DNA of 64,000 bases, from the NCBI RefSeq assembly GCF_009914755.1, contig NC_060947.1, one strand, 5' to 3'. Numbering within the stretch: the stretch's first letter is position 1; each line of letters starts with the position of its first letter. Of the stretch, positions 50,690-64,000 are shown piece after piece. The position numbers and the translations under genes were made by a program. Under the pieces are notes generated by a model that worked only from the letters and a program-made list of their open reading frames with translations, did no database searches and was not told the DNA's origin. The stretch comes from the human T2T-CHM13v2.0 reference genome, Homo sapiens.

Positions 50690-51015
50690 ATCTTAGGACA
50701 TTCAGGTTAAACAGAATACCATAGACTGGGTGGCTTAAACAAATATTTATTTCTCACAGTTCTGGAGGCTGGAAGTTCAAGGTCAGGGCGCCATCATGGC
50801 CTGGTTCTTGGTGAAGGCCTGCTTCCTGGTTCACAGGTGGCCATCTTCTTGTTGTACCGTCACGTGTCTCTTCTTCTAGGGGGCTCTAATCCCATAATGG
50901 GGGCTCCACTCTCACAACCTAATCACCTCCCAGAGGCCCCACCTTAATACCATCATCTTGGGAGTCAGGATTTCAACATATGAATTTTGGAGAGACACAA
51001 ACATTCAGACCACGA
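50690..51015 (-). mobile_element. MLT1A0-type LTR
   Basis: aataccatagactgggtggcttaaac...ggatttcaacatatgaattttgg. Confidence 0.82.
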
Positions 51016-53129
51016 CAACTTCCCCGAGCTCCCGTTCTACCCTCATGCCCAGCAGAGTTACTTCATTCGTCCTCTGTGCTCCTGTCAGTGGACCTGCATC
51101 AGTGTCCTTACTGTGCTGGACTGAGATGGTCTCTGGAAACCCCTGGAGGACAGGGACCAAGACATATCTTTGTACCTAGTGCTGGCAAAAGGCCTGGTCC
51201 AGAGCAGTGGCTCCTTCAGTAAATGTTTGTCAAATCACACTGAACCAAATCAAACTGAATAGGATCTTCAGCTCCATCAGATTTCAATTTCATTTGCTTT
51301 ATGGTCACCTTTGGGAAAAAGGGAGCTTAGAAGCATTTGCTGACTGTGACAGAGAGGATGCCGAGAGAGGGGCTCGGAGGTGTTTGATCAAATGGAACAT
51401 TACAGAAGAGTCTATAAATGGAGATCAGGGCTCTGCTACCACCCCTACCTCACGCTCCAGTTGACAACCCAAACTCCAGAGGGGCCCATTTAATAAGCCA
51501 GGACCAGGCATCATTGGTGTGGCAACTGCAAAGTTTCACTGGGCTGGGGATGCCCATCATGCTGCACATAGCTGTCCTCCCTCCCCCCAGAGTTGTGCAA
51601 AGCAGCAGACTTGTACCACAGATGAGCAGAGGGGTGAGGCTGATCAGCCCATGGTGGGATGGCCCTTGGCCTCCACCGTGTATCTCTCTTGTACCCAGCC
51701 CCACTATGGGCAGAGGGAGAAGGCAGAGAAAAATAATAAAGAGTAAATGGCAGAGTCTACACACTTACATCCCTACTTCATCCTTAGTGACCTTGTAAAT
51801 TGGCACACAGGGTCCAGGGGAGAGCATGTGTCACAGCTCAGTTCCAGCTCAGCTATTTCCACCCCTGGAGCACAGAAAGCTGGGGCAACATCCTGGGGCA
51901 CAGAGGGCAACACAGTCTCCATGTTTTGGTCCTACTTTTCTGTGCTGCCTTGGAAATGAATCATATGTGACTCTTCCCAACCAGAGAAGTTGTGAACACC
52001 ACAGGTCTGCCATCTGTATTCATCCAGGGGCTTGTTGGGGTCAGTGCAGCTGGGATAAGGAGAAGGAGCAGAGGAGAAAGCCCCAGTGGAGGCCTGGCGG
52101 CAAAGACCGCCCCTTACCATGAGACACCATAACACTGTGGCCAGAGCCGGAGGCCAGTGCAAGAGTGGGAAGAGGGGTCCAGACTAGACCCTGCTGCACA
52201 CTGTTAATACTCCATCCTTCCATGCAGAAAGGCCCAGGGCTGATGAGTTAAAGCCCGCAATGAGGATGGCAAGCAGGTGAGTGACGGAGTGGACACCTGG
52301 ACAAACTTCTAAGCAAGTGTCTTTGCAAGAACCTTAGCTTTTTTCTGGGTACAATGTTCCATGTCCACTGCCACCTCAGAGTTTAGGCCCCAGAGGAGGC
52401 CCATGCATAGGATTCAGGCTCAATCTGAAACAGGTCTGGGCTCAGCCTCAGTCTGTGGCTGGCAGCCCAGTCCAGCTCACTGGGCCCGACGTGGCCTGCG
52501 TCCATGTGCTTGGCTTCATTAACACCAAGCTCTGACCAACCCCAGTGACCAACCCCTGGCCCAGTCTCTAGGAACAGCTTCAGTTAAAACTTTGTAAGAT
52601 GCCAGTAAATAGCACAGTAATGAAATCCACAGATGAGCTAAAACTGGACTGTTCAGAATCAGCCAAGGATGAGATGGAGTCTCCAGGGGGCCCGGCAGGC
52701 TAGAAATATGGTGAGGAAATAACCATGTGAAACTCAGCCTGGGAAGGGGCCAGCAAACGTCATGTGCATGCTGCCAAATTCTCCCCACAGTTAGCAGGAA
52801 GCGGGAGGGCTGCGGGGAGCAGCTGAGCTAAGGGAGCCAGAGAGGCGGGATGTGGTAGGGGCTCGGAGCGGGTGGCCCCAGTCCAGTCATTTGGGAGTGA
52901 GTCTGTAGAGACAGTACAGGGACCAAAGAGCAGGCCCCTGCCCATGTGGGCCCAGAGAAACTCCAAGGCAGGCCAGCAGGACCAAGGAGTTCCAGGGGGT
53001 GCAGAGCTTTAGGCGGGACGGGAAGGGTATTATGGATGAGTCATGCATGGGACAGCTTTGTGTCAAGGTACCAAGATCTCTGGTGCTCACCTGTCCGCTG
53101 TGGAGCCCCCAGCAAGCCCAGAAAATACT

Positions 53130-53720
<591 letters not shown>

Positions 53721-56037
53721 ACAGCATCAGCCAAGAGAAGGAGGAGGAGGAAACCAATGACCCCTGGTGCTGCTGGAGCCTTGTGTCCTTCCTTGTCCCT
53801 TCCCCTCAGAGCCTGACCTCCTTGGGGCTACAAACCAACCTATCCTCTCTTCAGCTGGAAAATAACTGTCCCCTCGAAACACTACTCTCTGCCAATGCCT
53901 CATTAACGAGGCATTGCCACTTTAATAGCCAATCATGGTCGACTCTTTTACTCCATCCATAACTCTTGCATGAGTGGAGAGAGCCTTTACCTACAACAAA
54001 AATGTTGAACTTTGAGCTTTTCCTCAAAGATTTATAAAACAAGTCCTAATGTGTTATTTGTAATAGACTACATCTCAACATCGAGGCTGGTTAACTTTGG
54101 TTGTTGTAGCCCAGTGAGGGCCCACACTATGGATTCCATCTGTGTGGACTACTTTCCTTCATTCTAGCCCTACCCATGGCCTCAACCATAATTGAACCCA
54201 AACCTTGGCCTCAGCTTGAGCCCCCAAGCTCTAATCTGCCTGCCTCAGATGAAATGTGAAAGGCTCAGGCCAAACTCATCCCCACCGTAGGGAAAACAAC
54301 CTAAAGACATCTCATGGCAATGACACTGGCTTATTGGTTCCTTCTCTCTCAATTATGAGCACTCGGTGAAACTGAAGTTGCATAGAATAGACTCCCCCAA
54401 GGAATGGGAGACCCTTGGAACCTGCCCTTTAGGAATTTGTCATCTCAAGTTGGTAATGACAACAGCTAGGAATCCAAGGGCAAGCCACAAATGATACGAT
54501 GTTCTCTCTTGTTGGATCAATACTAAAGGACCTGAGGGGCCTGCTGCCATGGTGAGGAGGAGCCTTCAGGGGTACCCAGGCTGGACTGGATGCAGGGAGT
54601 AGGCTGCTGCTCTCTCATAGATCCAAGAAGTGTTTGAGCACCAAGTCTTTCTCCTCCTTCAATGCCCTTGAGTTACACCAACCTCCAGCAAGAGTTTGAC
54701 CCACTGGTAAGATTCATTTCCTGGGAACTTGGCCCAGACCCCAGCAGAGAGCCTGGCCTTCATCTAGGCTGTTGTTTTCCATGAGCAGTTCTTGTCTGAT
54801 ACTAGGAAGCGTCCTGTTGGATTTTCCAGGCCAGCTCCACTTTCCCGCATCTTGTGCCTTAGTAAGACCTTGTGTCCAGAATTCTGGTTCAGAACATGTG
54901 TTCTGTATAAATAGGAAGCCTAGAAAGGAAATATGTAGCCAGCTCTTATCACCTCCATCATGTCAATGTCCCCTCAACACAAAGGCCTTCTCTGGCCAGC
55001 TCTAGCTGGCTATGTTCTTGCTATTAACTTTCTTTTAACTGGGTCCTTATGTCTAGCTACTTCACAGAGTAAATCCTAGCTCCCCATCTTCTGCCTAAGG
55101 GGCTGTGTCTCCCCATCAGGCTGAGAGTTCTCATGGGCAGGGCCTATCCTTTCCGCCTTTTTGTGTTCCTGTGAACAAGGCTCTTGCACCCAATGGACAC
55201 TTTTATTTATTCATTCATCCAACACGTATTTGCTGGCCGCCTGCTATGTGCCAGTCTCTGAGTTAGGACATTGCAGTGAAAAATCAAAGTTCCAGCCCTC
55301 ACGAACCTCTCATTTTAGTGGAAGGCAAAGGGGAAGGCCTAGAAGGGAAAGCCAAGAGGAGGCACTTGTTCAACCATCAAGTCTTGGGCACCCACTGTGT
55401 CCCAGGCTTTAGACTAGGTCCTAGAGGCACAATGCCACAGCAGAGCCACTTGGTCAGGAGGAGCCACCAGCCAGGCCAGAGTTCTGGCCACCCTCCCAGA
55501 GGAAATGTTTCCCCCCAGGATCCTGGCTGAAGGTGGTGCCACTGGCCCTGGCCAGCTGCCTACTACCATCCCCATCCCTTCACCCTTTTCTCCACCACAA
55601 GCAGCACAGTTGGCTGTGCTGTGGAGAGTCGTTCATCAGTACATCCACAAGGAGCCACATTGGTGTTTCCTTGAAAGCCAAGGAGAAGAGGTGGTTCCCA
55701 GCTCAGCCTTGGAGAGAGGCAGCAGCATCCTTCCTTTAAGGGTTATTGTTAACATCTCCATTGCCTGCACTGACCAACTGACCAGTGGGGGAGTCAAAGC
55801 CCTTGGTCCCTCCCCAGCTGCTCCCACAACCTTCTTGCTCCAAGTGGACAGTCCAGCAAGGCAGGTTTCTGGGAGCCAGGGCCCTACTGTGGAACTGGAG
55901 GAAGCCCAGGAAGATTGTCTGGCCTGGGGTTTGGCTGAAAGGAGAGAAACAATTGCCTTGAGAACAAAATACCAGAACTGAGGACTGATCCCAAGCAAGA
56001 TGGCAAGATAGTGATCCCAGGAGGCTGAAGGGATCAT

Positions 56038-56490
56038 GAGGTGAGCATGGAATTGTGCTGCTCAGATCTCCCTCCAACAGAAACTTCTGCAGGTAGCAGA
56101 ATTAACTGACAGTCCCAGCTGCCACACTTTTGGATCTACGGTGGTGTTCACTATAGGCTGCTCCCAGCCAATGACTAAGTCCGGCAGGGATACCAGTTCC
56201 AGCCCATTCCTGCCTGACATGGGACTCCTCCAACAGGCAACCCTTGCTCCGGGATCTCCCATCAATCTGGCCAGACTTTCTCAGAGCTGCACTGCAGCCC
56301 AAGACTCTTCCTACTCCAGCCTCCTCCCTTGCACCTCTCCTTTCTCAAGTGTCAGTCCCACACTGTGGTCTGAAGGTGCTCCCTCCTTGCTCCTGCTTCC
56401 ATCTTTTATCCTTTGCAGATCCCCACCCCTTCCCCACCACATAAAGGTTTAATCCCATCTGATGTCTACTTCTCAGAGGACCCAAGCTGA
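56038..56490 (+). mobile_element. LTR16A-type ERVL solo LTR
   Basis: gctcagatctccc...ggctgctcccagccaatgact...gactttctcagagctgc...cttctcagaggaccc matches the recalled LTR16 consensus. Confidence 0.82.
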
Positions 56491-57859
56491 CCTAGGAAGC
56501 AAAGATCCCGTGGATCAGGATGAGCAGGCTAACGGATATGTGTGCCCCCTGCAGCCCCAAAGGACCACTACCCACTGCCAGAGAACATTGTTTTCCCAGG
56601 TCTGTGGGAGGAGCTGAGTGTGGGCTCCTTTCCAGTGGCCTAGAAGGGGTCCCAGCCTCACATGGCTCATATCCTGCTGAGAACCTGCACCAACCCTCCC
56701 TTCAACTCAGGGGTCTCCATTTTCCTCAAGCAGAAAGCAGTCTTAGAAAATTCTCCCCCAACATTTCCAAATATTTATTCATTTTAATTAAAAAAAAAGA
56801 AATCCAAATGTACCTCAATTTACCCAAGAACTGTGTCCTTGAGATGTTAAGTGCAAATTAAATTGGGGGGAAGTAGATCTTCTTGTACATGCTCCATGGG
56901 CCTCGCAATTAAAGGGAGCTCTGCAGCACATCAAACGTCAGTTCCCATGCCATGTATCTGAGTTGACAATAAAACTGATGACTATGGGTAAATGACAGTA
57001 AAACTGGTTAACTGTACAGAAGTCAAGCAAACGGCAACCACAGCAGGTCCCTGGCCCTGGGGATCTCCCAGCCCACCAGAGAGACCGACAGGATCTACTT
57101 GGAGAACAAATTCAATCAGACCTTGATGGTGACAGCATTGCTCATTCACTAGCTCTGAGAAGCAGGAAAGAGTTTAGACAAGAATAACCAGGGATGCCAC
57201 TGAAGGTGGGTGCCCAGGCCTGGGCTCCAGGCCTCCCTACCACTACTACACAGAGCTACCCTCTTCCTGCCTTTCCCTGTCTGTCCCAGTTGCTCTAGGG
57301 TCCTCCTAGTCTGTGCCCTGGGCCTGGCCACATGGTTGGCTGCCTGGGGAGGCCCTGGCTTTGTTCCCAGTACCAGAGGTTGGGGTGAAGACATGCGGGC
57401 TGACTGGAGTGTGGCCAGCCCTCAGGGCCCAGCTGCAGGGCGCAGGGCCAAGTTGACAATGCCAGCCACTGGAGACAGAGTGGCAACTACTGCTGTCGCC
57501 TCCAAAATACCAGTTGAGGTTTTCTCCTACTGTGGGGTTTAGAAACTATTTCCATTTCTATTATGCCTTTGTTTTGCCCTATTTTCTCTTTTCTTTTTAA
57601 TAGTGTTGGTGGTTGTGCCTGGAGGTGAGACAGGGGAGGGCAGGACAAGAGCCAAGAGAACGCTGAAGTCAGCAGAGTGTGCTCTGGTGCCTCGCAGCTT
57701 CTCTTCCAGCACTGCCCACTCCCACTGCAGGGCCTGGGTCTCAATGGCAGTCCCTCTCAGGGCCTATTCTCCATGGACAAGAATCAGCAGGGCTCTTACT
57801 CCACCCTATTTTTCCCCGATCATGACTTCCTGTACCGTGGCCCACTCTTAGCATCCATC

Positions 57860-58529
57860 TGTCTGCTGGTAAATGAGGATATTCACTCTGTCCTGGGCCA
57901 CCTTCTCCTCTCATTGCACACTGTCTTCCTAGACAGTCCCACCCACACCCATGGCCTCAGTTACCACTTACATGCCATAAACTCCACATTTATTTCTCCA
58001 GCCCCTTCTCCCCTCTGATTCTTAGACCTGCATATCCAGCTGCTCTCTCTCCCTTAGTGGCTCACAGGCACCTCAAACTCCACATGGCCAGAACTGACCT
58101 CATCATCACCACTCTACCCAGCCACCAAATAAACACACCCCTCCCAAAAGAGAAAAGTATCTTCTCCTGCTTCAGTCTTCTCCATCTCAGTGAATGGCAG
58201 TACCATCCTTCTAGCTGTTCAAGACAGAAAACTGGGGGCGATCCTGAACTCTGCCCTTTACTTCACCCATCAGCTATATCCCATCTATCAGCAGGTCTTG
58301 TCAATCCCATCTTCTATAGAGCTCTCCATGGTTTTGATAGCTCCCTAGTCCCATTGTCACTCTTTTAATTAAGACCTCCATCAACTCATTCATAGACAAC
58401 TTAAATTACCTCTTAATTTGTCTTTCTGCCTCAGTATTTACCTCTTGTCCAGTTAAGAGACCACCAGGTGGCCACCAGATTTTCCTTAGAAACAGATATG
58501 ATCATGTCTCTCCCCTGTTTAAAAGCCTC

Positions 58530-58530
<1 letters not shown>
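57860..58530 (+). mobile_element. L2
   Basis: ccatggcctcagttaccacttacatgc...ggcacctcaaactccacatg...tctcagtgaatggc. Confidence 0.78.
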
Positions 58531-63647
<5,117 letters not shown>

Positions 63648-64000
63648 TTGTTAAAAGAAAAACTCTAGACAAATTAAATTTAACAGAGTTAAATTCAGCA
63701 AAGACCAATTTGCAAATCAGGCAGCTTCCTAAACCGGAATAGATTTAGAGTGACTCCAGCACTGCCATGTGGTTGGAGAAAATTTATGTACAGAAAAAGG
63801 AAAGTGATGTACAGAAAACGGGAGTGTGGGCTGGGCAGAGTGGCTTACGCCTGTAATCCCAGAACCTTGGGAGATCAAGGCTGGTGGATCGCTTGAGCCC
63901 AGGAGCTCCAGACCAGCCTGAGCAACATGGCGAAACCCCATCTCTACCAAAAATAGAGAAATCAGCTGAGTGTGGTGACACACGCCCATAATCCTAGCTA
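63648..64000. mobile_element. MER57-like ERV1 LTR (-, from 63648) interrupted by an Alu (+, 63828 to window end)
   Basis: tgttaaaagaaaaactctagacaaattaaatttaacagag...cagaaaaaggaaagtgatgtacagaaaacgg. Confidence 0.75.

Noticed and set aside
51985-52250. HEPACAM-like Ig V-set resemblance (EVVNTTGLPSVFIQGLVGVSA...ADE)
   Set aside because: Needs several frameshifts and lacks the core Ig motifs; indistinguishable from chance without a search
53810-54710. Specific assignment as an ADCY10-like or cytokine-receptor pseudogene
   Set aside because: Short motif matches (QTNL, CLINE, VLFVID, QPKDIS; L.FE...K.L, VRA) have inconsistent spacing and support incompatible families, so it is not reported as a feature
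56062-56452. ORFs suggesting a cytoplasmic-tail exon
   Set aside because: They lie within the LTR16A-type element

Overview
Primate (human-type) genomic DNA containing the 5' end of APLN (apelin) on the minus strand. Exon 1 encodes the signal peptide MNLRLCVQALLLLWLSLTAVCG (ATG at 5418, GTGAGT donor at 5351) inside a CpG-island promoter, and positions 1-5351 are intron 1. The remaining ~58 kb is upstream intergenic DNA, on human Xq26 towards XPNPEP2 (from memory; XPNPEP2 is not in the window). It is dominated by nested Alu, L1, L2, MIR, MaLR/ERVL LTR and hAT/Tigger fossils, and no other intact protein-coding gene is visible. The most interesting unexplained signals are (i) an orphan CpG island at ~28.8-29.65 kb with a minus-strand GTAAGT donor, plus candidate downstream exons (a possible lncRNA or distal APLN first exon); (ii) a repeat-poor block at ~51.2-57.8 kb with several well-formed plus-strand splice sites and frame-broken, protein-like fragments (a possible decayed gene, identity unresolved); (iii) an AUG-free, stop-free in-frame APLN leader with CUG codons; (iv) a fold-back MSTA chimera and an ancient local duplication. 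Repeat family names come from my recall of consensus sequences and boundaries are approximate.
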